From Eubacteriales bacterium (GTDB taxonomy: Bacteria > Bacillota > Clostridia > Oscillospirales > CAG-382): DNA of 64,000 nt. The DNA lies in assembly GCA_045604705.1 (NCBI GenBank), contig JAZUOO010000022.1, forward strand, positions 3,588-67,587. Direction: 5' to 3'. Below are positions 55,060 to 64,000 of the stretch, piece after piece; within the stretch, counting starts at the first letter, position 1; each line of letters starts with the position of its first letter. The notes under the pieces were generated by a model. That model saw nothing but the letters and a program-made list of their open reading frames with translations, had not been told where the DNA came from and made no database searches. Both the position numbers and the translations under genes were made by a program.

Positions 55060-55426
55060 AAAAATACCTGCCTTGGAAATTTAGGAATGATAATATTTTT
55101 TCAGTCAGCATTACGGTAAATTCGGTTCATTTTTACCATTTCTCGCATAATAATTATACCACATGAATATGTATGTCGTTTGTGAATAAACTGAACAATT
55201 ACTATAAGGATGTAAATATATTTTTCTATTTAAATGACTAAACAATTACCATCGCCTCATTATTAAATTTACTTATATATTTTTGTTAATAAAAGTAAAA
55301 ATTATCAAAAATTACAATATATAGTATTTTTACGCCAAATAACCAAAAAATATATAAATTCAAGTATGTAAAAAAAGATATATTTTTGTGTGATTTGTCA
55401 ATTTCGTTTTTTATCTGTCAAAAAGT

Positions 55427-55461
55427 AAAAGCACATAAAAAATAACATTTCATGTGCTTTT
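55427..55461 (-). terminator. terminator downstream of putative 6S RNA
   Basis: Minus strand AAAAGCACAT...ATGTGCTTTT followed by ACTTTTT. Confidence 0.6.
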
Positions 55462-55652
55462 CAGCTTTACCCCACAATGGTCCACGTCAGTGAAGTGTCC
55501 TGTGCAATTGCCCTGTCGAAAGGGTCAACTCCGTGATGCTCGAAATTTATATAAGTCCGGTCGGATACCCTCTGTGACAAGAACATAACACATCCTCCCT
55601 GAACACCTCCGCCCGAATTGACGTTGCAGGCACCGCCGCAGAAATCAAGCCC
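55462..55652 (-). ncRNA. ssrS: probable 6S RNA
   Basis: ~190 nt GC-richer island folding on the minus strand into a long rod (ACGTCA/TGACGT; GAGGTGTTC/GGACACTTC; GTG..ATGTTC/GAGCATCAC) with a central bubble containing a 3' hairpin; G-U pairs fix the strand; terminators on both sides. Confidence 0.55.
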
Positions 55653-55689
55653 GACAAAAATAAGTTCTAATTTAAAAACACAGTAAGCA

Positions 55690-55726
55690 AAAAACAACCA
55701 TCCCCGATTTCACACCGAGGATGGTT
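55690..55726 (-). terminator. terminator of HPr-like gene
   Basis: Minus strand AACCATCCTCGG-loop-TCGGGGATGGTT-GTTTTTT. Confidence 0.7.
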
Positions 55727-55752
55727 TCGCATATTCATTAAGACTTACGGCA

Positions 55753-55980
55753 TCACGCCATATATTTATAAATCCTCTCCGGCAAATCAAGCAAATTCTG
55801 CGTATCCACCGAAAGCACCGTCGTACCTTGCAAATTAAGAGTAAAAATCCCAATTATGGACTTTGCATCTACCGTATCATTTCCGGAACTTATCTGTGCA
55901 TCAAAGGAGTAACTCGAGAGAATGTTACAGAATTCCTTTACATCGTTCATGGTGTTAAGCTTAACATTTATATTTATCAT
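55753..55980 (-). CDS. HPr-family protein lacking His15
   Basis: VDAKSIIGIFTL (Ser46 motif), 75 aa, no GLHARP motif. Confidence 0.8.
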   Translation of the reverse strand: MININVKLNTMNDVKEFCNILSSYSFDAQISSGNDTVDAKSIIGIFTLNLQGTTVLSVDTQNLLDLPERIYKYMA

Positions 55981-56016
55981 AAAATCCTTACCTTCTCATA
56001 ATTTTAGGTCAAGTAT

Positions 56017-56045
56017 ATTATATGATAAATTGCGAATTTTGTCAA
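56017..56045 (-). promoter_or_regulatory. sigma-A promoter of HPr-like gene
   Basis: Perfect TTGACA-17nt-TATAAT. Confidence 0.7.
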
Positions 56046-56135
56046 GTATACCGCAAAGAAATCTGCCTTTCGGGTAATTATGTACTAAAACCTCCGTCAG
56101 TTTTTGTTGATATTAACCGCAAAATGTTACAAATC

Positions 56136-56750
56136 TCAAATAAAATCCTCACATACCGCACCAAAGCTCTGAGCAATCATAACCGACTGAGCAAGGGAAA
56201 TCTTCGCACCTTTCAAATTACACGCCGTGAGATTCGAGCCATGGAAATCCACCTGGCGAATATCCGTCTTCTCAAAGGATACATTGTTGAACACGGCTCT
56301 GGTAAACTTGCAGGAATGAAGATGCGACTCACTGAAAATACAATCGCTGAGCCTTGCTTCGGTGAAATTCATCCCAAAAACATCTTTTTTCTTAAACCTC
56401 ATCCCGACAACAATCGCATATGAAAAATCACAGCTTTCAAACATTGCCCCTCCCATGTCGCATCCTACAAAGGACGAACCGGTAAGCCGACAGCTTTCAA
56501 AGGAGGCTGCAATTATGTTTGAGTTGGCAAAGGAGCAATTAAGAAAAGTACACCCGTAAAACTTAGTTCCGGTAAAATGCGTCATGGAAAAATCACAGTC
56601 ATCAAAAACACACTTTCTGAAAACCTTATCCTCAAGATCCATCGCTCGCATAGAACAAGCCTTAAAGCTCTTTTTTACAAACTCATCCCCATCAAAATAC
56701 CCGTAATCCGAGAAATCCTTATTCAAATAACTTTCTTCCGTAAGAACCAT
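56136..56750 (-). CDS. pentapeptide repeat protein
   Basis: (C/S/A)-x-F/L-x-x periodicity throughout. Confidence 0.88.
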   Translation of the reverse strand: MVLTEESYLNKDFSDYGYFDGDEFVKKSFKACSMRAMDLEDKVFRKCVFDDCDFSMTHFTGTKFYGCTFLNCSFANSNIIAASFESCRLTGSSFVGCDMGGAMFESCDFSYAIVVGMRFKKKDVFGMNFTEARLSDCIFSESHLHSCKFTRAVFNNVSFEKTDIRQVDFHGSNLTACNLKGAKISLAQSVMIAQSFGAVCEDFI

Positions 56751-56825
56751 ACCTCAAACCACCTCAAGCCCAAAACTTCACAGTCACAAAACCACCACAG
56801 GCAACTCTGTCACGCTTTGCGAGAA

Positions 56826-57029
56826 ATGCAAAATGCAAAATGCAAAATTGAAAAAATCCCCCAAAGGATACAGTGCTATTCAAAACGCTGCAATGCCGTC
56901 TGTATCAACCGCATCTTCCCTGCAGATGGTACACCTATATCGCCCGATTCCGTGCAGACAATATAATCAAATGAAGATTGCAAAGCAATCAACCACAATT
57001 ATGCATTACGCATTACGCATTATGCATTA
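56826..57029. repeat. intergenic element bracketed by inverted TGCA heptamer arrays
   Basis: (AAATGCA)3 at left; GATTGC-AAA-GCAATC hairpin and (YGCATTA)4 at right. Confidence 0.7.
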
Positions 57030-57045
57030 ATACCCGCCGTTTTGC

Positions 57046-57942
57046 TCAGCATTTCGCCGCCCCGATAATACCAATATCATTCTTAAGCTCAGACGTCGCA
57101 ACAATAACCTTCCTGTTGCCCAGCTTCTCCTTAAGCGGCTCTGTCATATACTTGCCCTCGTTGGAAATAGCACCGCCGAGAACAATAACATCAGGTCTGA
57201 ATATGTGGTAAATACTTTTAAGTCCCACCGCAATATATTCAAGATATGTATCAACAACCTTTGCACCTACGGGACATCCCTCACGCATCGAATCAAAGGA
57301 AGTCCTCCCGGAGACCTTGCCGATATTTGCAGCCTTTTTCGCCATAATACAATCCGGATTCTGCTCTATAGCTTCATATGTTTGGCGGATAAGTGCCGTA
57401 ACAGAAGCATACGCCTCATAACAACCATCCTGACCACAGCCGCACCTCACACCGTCGCAGTTGATGATCATGTGACCTATCTCACCCGCATCTCCTCTCG
57501 TACCAAGATAAGGCTTACCGTCAATTATAATACCGCCACCGACACCGGTACCGAGAGTAACAAGCACAAGATTCTTGTATCCCCTGCCATAGCCCGCATA
57601 AAGCTCGCCGAGTACCGCACAGTTTGCATCATTTCCAATTCTCACGGGAATTCCTGTAGCCTCTGTAATCATGGCACAAATGGGCGTGTTCTTGAAATTG
57701 ATATTCGCCGCACTCCTTATAACACCGTTATCACTGTCAATTTCCCCCGGAGAGCCAATGCCAATCTTGTCAATCTTATCATACTTAGCAATTATCTTCT
57801 TGCATTCCTCAATAATATCCTTAACAATCTCATCGTCCTCCCTCTTGGCACCCGTGGGAATATCCGACTTGTAAATGATCTCAAGTTCATCCACAACACC
57901 GAATTTTACGTTAGTACCACCAATATCAATTCCGAGCTCCAT
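57046..57942 (-). CDS. ROK family kinase (glucokinase-like)
   Basis: GIDIGGT, NDANCA, TLGTGVGGG, GEIGH, CGCGQDGCYE. Confidence 0.92.
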   Translation of the reverse strand: MELGIDIGGTNVKFGVVDELEIIYKSDIPTGAKREDDEIVKDIIEECKKIIAKYDKIDKIGIGSPGEIDSDNGVIRSAANINFKNTPICAMITEATGIPVRIGNDANCAVLGELYAGYGRGYKNLVLVTLGTGVGGGIIIDGKPYLGTRGDAGEIGHMIINCDGVRCGCGQDGCYEAYASVTALIRQTYEAIEQNPDCIMAKKAANIGKVSGRTSFDSMREGCPVGAKVVDTYLEYIAVGLKSIYHIFRPDVIVLGGAISNEGKYMTEPLKEKLGNRKVIVATSELKNDIGIIGAAKC

Positions 57943-58045
57943 ATGTGTCCCATCCTTTCATTTGTCGCGAAATCCGCCAAACCACACTATTCTGCATATT
58001 TTAGCCTCAAAGTCAAAACCCCAAATCCAATATTTTACAATATAT

Positions 58046-58074
58046 ATTTTACCATAAATCCGCAAAAAATTCAA
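58046..58074 (-). promoter_or_regulatory. sigma-A promoter of ROK kinase
   Basis: TTGAAT-17nt-TAAAAT with TG extension. Confidence 0.5.
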
Positions 58075-58282
58075 GTCGTTTTTCAAAAACCATTAACACA
58101 TAATTGCTATCTTTTAATGTTTTTTGCGAAATGTCGCATTTTTTCATTCAATCACATCAGAAATTCACTTTTTAACTCCGTGAAAAAATCATCTGCAGCT
58201 CATACAAGCATCACAACACATCCGCAAAACTAAATCCATTGTACAAATCAAGCCAAGACAATTTCACAAACATTCATACCAA

Positions 58283-58963
58283 TCATTCAACCATAACCGA
58301 AACTTCTTCCTTAATCTTCAAAAAATTCACTCCGACGGAGCAGTCAAAAGCACAAACCTCAACCCCGCACCTCTGTGCCTGCGCAAGTGCATCCGCAAAA
58401 TCATCACCCAAATCACGGTTCGGCGAAAAAACAATATCTCCATCGAAATCCGCCGCAATAACAAAGAAAACCTTCGCCGTATATCCTTGCTCCCGACAAA
58501 CCGCCAGCTCACCGAGATGCTTTATCCCCCTCTCTGTGGGCGCATCGGGAAACAAAGCTCTGCCATCACGGAAAAGTGTTACACCCTTGACTTCAATAAA
58601 TCCCTTTTCCTCACCGTTCTCAACATAAAAATCAAACCGTGAATTTCCAAATTTCCTCTCCGTCACAACCAAAGCCCGCGGATATACCTCTCTCAAATAT
58701 TCTCCAACAACCACATTCGGCGCAAAACTGTCAACATTCACAAATCTTCCGTCTTTTACGACGGTTACAAGATCGTATTTTGTTTTTCGGCTCACGTTCG
58801 TACTTTCCTGTACAAAAATTTCCGCACCCGGAATAAGTAGCTCTGCAAGCCTTCCTGTATTCTTAACATGACATTTTTCAACATTACCGCCAATCTCAAT
58901 ATCACATATAAATCTGTTGCGGCGAACAACAAATCTTGCTTCTCTTATATTTTCGTATTTCAA
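58283..58963 (-). CDS. sfsA: DNA/RNA nuclease SfsA
   Basis: RRNRF, HVKNTGR, SRFDF, EVKGVTL, FPDAPTERGIKHL. Confidence 0.95.
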   Translation of the reverse strand: MKYENIREARFVVRRNRFICDIEIGGNVEKCHVKNTGRLAELLIPGAEIFVQESTNVSRKTKYDLVTVVKDGRFVNVDSFAPNVVVGEYLREVYPRALVVTERKFGNSRFDFYVENGEEKGFIEVKGVTLFRDGRALFPDAPTERGIKHLGELAVCREQGYTAKVFFVIAADFDGDIVFSPNRDLGDDFADALAQAQRCGVEVCAFDCSVGVNFLKIKEEVSVMVE

Positions 58964-58975
58964 AGCCGATTCTCC

Positions 58976-59596
58976 TTATTTTCTTCCCACAACAATACCA
59001 TAAACAATGCCGATAATCGCATAGGGAATAAGCAGAATAAGGCATATAACCGATGCAACAGGCGGAAGAAATACACTTATAATAAAGAGCAACCCCATAA
59101 TAACCGTCTGAAATCCGACAAACCTGTTTATCCTGCGAGCCTTTTCGGTGTCGACATTATAATTTTTGATATAATCAAACTTTGGAAGATAATTTCCGAC
59201 AGCAATAAGCACACAGCCAACGATAAGCACCGCAACAATTCTCACATCAACATCCACCCCGAGAGCATAAGCAAAGGTAACTCCCTGAAGCAACACGGAT
59301 ATTGCGGGAACAATCCACTTTGTAACCGTCTCAAACTTTTTCCTCTCGCCGTGCTTTGCGGAATTAATGTCATTGACAAAGCAGCAGAACAGCTGTAAGA
59401 TCACCATTAATGTGGGGATTGCAAACACCGCAAAGCCCTTTGAAGCAAAATTGTCGGGATTATTGTTAACATCAAAATGCACCGCAATCTTCTCGGGAAG
59501 CCTGTCCCAGAGAATAATGCCGGGAATAATCGGCAAAAGACAAACAACGCTTGTCAAAGCAAAAATCTTCCATTTAAAAAATTTCAAAAACTTCAT
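58976..59596 (-). CDS. SdpI/DUF1648 family membrane immunity protein
   Basis: LPEKIAVHF..NNNPDNFASK, GNYLPK, multiple TM; overlaps the ArsR gene stop. Confidence 0.82.
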   Translation of the reverse strand: MKFLKFFKWKIFALTSVVCLLPIIPGIILWDRLPEKIAVHFDVNNNPDNFASKGFAVFAIPTLMVILQLFCCFVNDINSAKHGERKKFETVTKWIVPAISVLLQGVTFAYALGVDVDVRIVAVLIVGCVLIAVGNYLPKFDYIKNYNVDTEKARRINRFVGFQTVIMGLLFIISVFLPPVASVICLILLIPYAIIGIVYGIVVGRK

Positions 59597-59862
59597 TCCT
59601 TCCTACCTCCAAATCCGTAAATCCAGCTTATAACCTCCTCAAAAACCGAGGTGTTTATACTGTAATATATAAAATTCTTATACTTTTCCTCCGAAATAAG
59701 CTCAGCTCCCTTCAGCTTTGATAAATGATAGGACACCGTAGCTCCCGTAAGATTAAAGCATTCGGCAATTTCGCCCGCACTCTTTCTCCCGCCTTTGAGC
59801 ATTGAAAGAATGTCACGACGAACAGGGTCAGCAAGAGCTTTCAGAGTTTCGTTCATTCCCAT
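59593..59862 (-). CDS. sdpR: ArsR/SmtB family autorepressor (SdpR-like)
   Basis: KALADPVRRDIL, ATVSYHLSKLK, KYKNFIYY..NTSVFEE; paired with SdpI-like gene. Confidence 0.85.
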   Translation of the reverse strand: MGMNETLKALADPVRRDILSMLKGGRKSAGEIAECFNLTGATVSYHLSKLKGAELISEEKYKNFIYYSINTSVFEEVISWIYGFGGRKE

Positions 59863-59882
59863 GGTATCACTCCTTTTTCGAT

Positions 59883-59961
59883 TATTTAGAAATATTTCTA
59901 AATAGAGTGTATCATACACTACCGCATTTGTCAAGAGGTATTTAGAAAAAAATCTAAATAC
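59883..59961 (-). promoter_or_regulatory. promoter flanked by two palindromic operators TATTTAGA-N6-TCTAAATA
   Basis: Operators at 59883-59904 (perfect 22 bp palindrome) and 59939-59960 flank TTGACA-17nt-TACACT (59905-59933). Confidence 0.8.
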
Positions 59962-60345
59962 CGTTCATTTCCGAAACAATATATGCTTAACAAACCTCAT
60001 AAATAAACACATTTCCGAAACCAAAAATCTGTTTTCAGCCGTTTTGTGCCAACAAAAATGCGGCGGTGACCATTTTCGGATCATCGCCGTAATTTTTTAT
60101 TTATCTCTCAGATATTCTTTGCAAGCCTCGTTGTCATCCGTTTTTTCACCCCTGTGTCATGCGTTTCTTCGCCTTTGGTATAACGCAAAAAGTGCAACCG
60201 CACAATAATCGTTCAAATCAAAAATCACAACAGTTACGCAATATTCAAAGGAGAAAAGTCTGAAAAATAATCCAAATGCCATTTGGCTTTGCAAAATCGC
60301 ACAAACTTTCGCAATCACGAAAGGAATAGTCATAACAATACTTTT

Positions 60346-61668
60346 TTAATCTCGCATTTCAAAAACTATCCACTCACCGTCAATAAGAACAAGAAGTCCG
60401 TCTCCTGAAAGCGCATGCTTTATAAAAATACTGTCAAGTATATCTATATTTGCCTGACAATCAACCGCTGGCATTTTTGTTTCGGTAACTGTTGAGGTTA
60501 CCTTGCCAAGTATATCCGATTCGGTATATACCACATCGCCAAAGATTTTTTCACCGGTGTAATAGTATGTCACGCCGTCATGCATAAGAGCATAGGGACA
60601 AACACTGTCAGCCGCAGGGTAACCACACAGAGCATCCTCTATCTCAAATTCAAGGTAATAGGTATGCTCATCATAGTCGGCACCTGCCCTGAAATCCATA
60701 ATCTCCTTGGAAATCCTGTATTTTCCCAAAGAAAGCTCGCCGTAAAGCCATTCCCAGTTTATCTCAAATTCACGCTCCGAGCCCGCTGGAATATTGTATG
60801 CAGGCATATTCCACGCCACATCTCCGACACCCTCACGGTAAGGCTGACGTTCCCAGAATTTTCCGTTCCATACAGAGAGCTCATAGGGAGTTCCGGTATT
60901 AAGCTCACCCTTAAGGTTACCGCCGCTTTGTGCTATAACAAGCGTCATACCCGTACTTGTAACATTTTCCGCACGCATAGTAACGCCCCAATCAAAGACC
61001 TGTCCATACTTCACGGGAATTGTAATTCGCCTCTCATCCGTCTGCTTTTCGCCGTAAATCGCATTACCGTCGGCATCAAAACGAGCTTCCCTTGACGAGA
61101 GTATTATTTCCTCAAAATCCTCGCCGACAACACGCAAACAGCTCTTGAAATCCGTTATCGGGAAGCCTGTAAGATCTATCCTTTTGAATATCCTCCAACC
61201 GTCCTCCATGGGAACTTCCTTTGTGGAGTCACCCACATTCTGCCAGCCAAAGCCGAGGTGTTCAATGCCGATTTCAAAATTTGCGCCGCCGTCCTTTTGC
61301 GGAACCTCATATTCGGTGTATGTAATATTTACATTGCCGTCAAGTGTTCCGCACCTCGGTGTCATCTGACTGTTTTCACCGGTATCATAGTAAAGTCTGC
61401 CACCGATACACACCAGCTTTATCGGGTACACTTTGACATTTTCGACACTTTTTGCACCGTCAACATCCGAACTGTTTTCTTTGTTCCCGACATCCACCGC
61501 TTGCATACTTCCACAAATTTCAACGTCATTTTTCATGGTCTGGTCCGTGTTTATCCCCGACTCAAAACCGTTTGAAACGTTGTTATTTCCCGTATTTTCC
61601 GCCTCATTTCCGCAGGAAACACAGACAAAACACAGAAAAACAAGTGCAAAAAATATATATTTTTTCAT
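60346..61668 (-). CDS. hypothetical multidomain lipoprotein (Ig-like central domain)
   Basis: Lipobox CVSC after MKKYIFF; WGVTM..ENVT..G and WEWLYGEL..GKYRI.K Ig-like segment. Confidence 0.72.
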   Translation of the reverse strand: MKKYIFFALVFLCFVCVSCGNEAENTGNNNVSNGFESGINTDQTMKNDVEICGSMQAVDVGNKENSSDVDGAKSVENVKVYPIKLVCIGGRLYYDTGENSQMTPRCGTLDGNVNITYTEYEVPQKDGGANFEIGIEHLGFGWQNVGDSTKEVPMEDGWRIFKRIDLTGFPITDFKSCLRVVGEDFEEIILSSREARFDADGNAIYGEKQTDERRITIPVKYGQVFDWGVTMRAENVTSTGMTLVIAQSGGNLKGELNTGTPYELSVWNGKFWERQPYREGVGDVAWNMPAYNIPAGSEREFEINWEWLYGELSLGKYRISKEIMDFRAGADYDEHTYYLEFEIEDALCGYPAADSVCPYALMHDGVTYYYTGEKIFGDVVYTESDILGKVTSTVTETKMPAVDCQANIDILDSIFIKHALSGDGLLVLIDGEWIVFEMRD

Positions 61669-61725
61669 AACAGCCTCCCGATTTGCCGAAATTTTCACTT
61701 GCTTTTTACGGACTTTCACCGCTTC

Positions 61726-62814
61726 TTAAGCATTTTTATCGTTTTTTTCACCGTTTTCGTCTGTTTTGTTTTCACTGTTATCCATCACATCGTTTTCTGG
61801 GGAGGAATAATTTTTCTCATCAAGCTTGTCCGTCATTCTTTTGATTTTCTTTATTACTTTCTTGACAACAAGCACTAAAACAACAATCACAACAAGCCAG
61901 ATGATAACGGGAACAAAATTATAAGACAGTCCGACAAGAAAATCCTGGAAGCCCTCCTTGAATTCTTCAATTCCCTCATTAAAAGAGCTGCTCATTCTTT
62001 CACCGAAGGTAACCGTTACAGGCTTGGGGGTAACGTATTCTTTTACCTCGGAAATATTTATTGTCACGGTCGCAAAGCTCACAAGCGAATCATACTTGCG
62101 AAGTGTCCCCGTATAGCTTTCTATTTCGTATCTTATATCTGCAAGCTCACGTTCAAGTGCTAAAACATCGTCAAGCATTGCGGAATTTTTAAGTATCTCA
62201 AGCACTCTTTCCTCGCGGATTTTTGCACTTTCAAGTCTTGCCTCGGTATCGTAATAGCTCTCGGTAACGTCCTTGTTATCCTGAGACGACCTTACTACAA
62301 CGCCAACGCTGTCCGCCTCACCAACAAACGCCTTATAATTTCCGACAGGGACTCTCACCGTGTAATATGCCCGTCTTGCACTGCCGCCCGAAGCGTATAC
62401 GTTAGAGCTTTCAAAATATGCTCCGTACTTGTCACACAAGGCTTCAAGCGCATTTACGGACTTGTCGAATTCCTTTGTTTCAATGTCATAGCTTGAACTG
62501 TAGATTATTTTTCTTGCAGTCTGCGTATTTGTAATATCTGCAGTCGGCTCTGCAATTTGGGGAGCTTCCGCATAGTATTCTTCGCTTTCGGCTTTGTAGT
62601 TGGTGCTAACGCTGTTATCACGGCTGATACCGTCAAAGCCCGTTTCGGTTTCATATACTATGTATTCTTCAGGTGCTGCATCGTACCTAAGATCCACAGT
62701 CCCGTTAAAGCCGTTGTAAGATTGACTTTTACTGCCGCAGGAGCACAAGGTCAGTGCCGCAAGAACAAGTGTAAGAGAAGTCTTTAAAATTTTTGATGAA
62801 TGTAGATTTTTCAT
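61726..62814 (-). CDS. DUF4349 domain lipoprotein
   Basis: Lipobox LCSC, RKIIYS, VRVP, DVTESYYD.EARL coiled coil, C-terminal TM. Confidence 0.85.
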   Translation of the reverse strand: MKNLHSSKILKTSLTLVLAALTLCSCGSKSQSYNGFNGTVDLRYDAAPEEYIVYETETGFDGISRDNSVSTNYKAESEEYYAEAPQIAEPTADITNTQTARKIIYSSSYDIETKEFDKSVNALEALCDKYGAYFESSNVYASGGSARRAYYTVRVPVGNYKAFVGEADSVGVVVRSSQDNKDVTESYYDTEARLESAKIREERVLEILKNSAMLDDVLALERELADIRYEIESYTGTLRKYDSLVSFATVTINISEVKEYVTPKPVTVTFGERMSSSFNEGIEEFKEGFQDFLVGLSYNFVPVIIWLVVIVVLVLVVKKVIKKIKRMTDKLDEKNYSSPENDVMDNSENKTDENGEKNDKNA

Positions 62815-62928
62815 GGCATTGGCATCCTTTCTGCGTTGTGCACAAAATTATGTCGTTATTTCTTTACTGTTTGGTGGTTTAGACGTATAATGTGCCGGGA
62901 AAGTTCCAATATTTTCAATTTTTTTGGC

Positions 62929-63219
62929 TTAAACATTCCTTTTTTTCTCCACGAACCATTTGCTGCCGTCAAGGAAAAGATAGGTTTCGTTGTTTCCGAT
63001 TCTGCAGGTGTATCTTATTCCGCTACCGCCGCCCTTAAGACTTGCCGCAGGTCTTTTGTCGGTTATGCGGTCTATCTTGAAGCGTCTTCCGTCCTCCCAG
63101 ATTATAAGCTCGGGAATTATTATGCCCTCCTTGTTGAAGTATGCTTTTACACAGACGTAGGTCTTAAGGTGTACCGCTTCGGGGGCATAGTCGTTGATAT
63201 AGGTCCTTTCTGTATTCAT
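62929..63219 (-). CDS. conserved small protein typically found beside clostridial DNA polymerase IV
   Basis: YV.V.A.F..EG...P..IIWEDGRRF.IDRI....AASLK.GG.GIRYTC.I....YLF....WFVE pattern; follows dinB. Confidence 0.7.
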   Translation of the reverse strand: MNTERTYINDYAPEAVHLKTYVCVKAYFNKEGIIIPELIIWEDGRRFKIDRITDKRPAASLKGGGSGIRYTCRIGNNETYLFLDGSKWFVEKKRNV

Positions 63220-63437
63220 AGTTATAATCGTTCCTTTCGTGTTGCTGAAAGTTTGTGCTGTCTTTCAAAGCAGCATTGATGTCAGTGACATCAAAGTCAC
63301 AAACTTCTATGGCTGAAAATTTATTTTAAGATTTAATATCTCCTATCTTTGATTTTTATAATTGACAATCACTTTTTGTGCGTGCAATATTTTTGTGAAA
63401 ATTCAGTATATAATCCGATTTCTTTCGGTTCGTGGGA

Positions 63438-64000
63438 CTAAAACTTGCCTTTGACGCAGGCTCCCGTAAGTCGGCTGTCGCACATTACAACAGCTCTTTG
63501 AAGCGAGCTTTTTCCAAATCTCTTACGTATATTATCCACTGCTTTGTCTATTTCAAAATCCCGTCTGTTTCGTTCTCTGTCATCCTCAAACACCGAGAGC
63601 TGAATCGGCGTATCGGCACTGCAAAGGTTTGTCCCTCTTATTCCGATGCTCCGCACACTCGTATGCCAATCATAGACTGAGGTGAATATTCTGCAGGCAT
63701 TTTCGGCAATGATTCTTGTGCAGTCGGTAGGCTCGGACAGCTTTACCTGATGCTCATGGGTTTTAAGGTCGCTCTCCCTTATTGAAATCTGAATGGTACA
63801 GCATTTGAGTCCGTGACGGCGAAGTCTTGCTCCCACACTTTCCGCAAGCATCCAGCACATCATGCGGACATCGTCGTCGTTTTCAAGATCTCTCGGTGTT
63901 GTAACGGAATTACCGATAGACTTTATTTCCTCAAATTCCGTTTCGTGAACTACCGCAGATGTATCCTCTCCTCTTGCGTTTCCGAGAAGAAAAATTCCGT
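63438..64000 (-). CDS. dinB: DNA polymerase IV (Y-family), C-terminal part (gene starts beyond window end)
   Basis: KSIGNSVT.PRDL, AESVGARLR, VRSIGIR, IQLSVF clamp motif, DKAVDNIRKRFG. Confidence 0.9.
   Translation of the reverse strand, partial: GIFLLGNARGEDTSAVVHETEFEEIKSIGNSVTTPRDLENDDDVRMMCWMLAESVGARLRRHGLKCCTIQISIRESDLKTHEHQVKLSEPTDCTRIIAENACRIFTSVYDWHTSVRSIGIRGTNLCSADTPIQLSVFEDDRERNRRDFEIDKAVDNIRKRFGKSSLQRAVVMCDSRLTGACVKGKF

Noticed and set aside
60061-60250. Possible small ORF or gene remnant with a hairpin at about 60060-60090
   Set aside because: No convincing start/RBS or motif; the hairpin is explainable as a terminator for the upstream lipoprotein operon

Overview
A 64 kb core-genome window from a Clostridia-class (Oscillospirales/Ruminococcaceae-like) Firmicute; the lineage is inferred from gene content and synteny. 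It contains a large carbohydrate ABC/DUF5696/NHL-YIP1 uptake operon, groES-groEL (CIRCE-controlled; groEL has an in-frame TAA), a DUF5685/J-domain operon, a PrsA-like foldase, proBA, a CoA-activase/dehydratase pair, a glycogen cluster (glgBCDAP + GH13) with pfkA, hslO-miaB-ylbF-mutS-mutL-tgt-yajC, a probable 6S RNA, an HPr-like gene, ROK kinase, sfsA, sdpRI-like genes and a partial dinB. No transposase, phage, CRISPR array, rRNA or tRNA was seen. Most notable: (1) an apparently circularly permuted PrsA/parvulin lipoprotein (19797-20930); (2) a dense family of modular intergenic repeats: a hairpin+heptamer module with covarying stems, found 7 times and always on the + strand regardless of gene direction, GTAG-type REP hairpins, and two ~700 bp shuffled mosaics; (3) ~85 bp structured inverted repeats bracketing three genes next to dinB. 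All calls were made by eye; no database searches were run.
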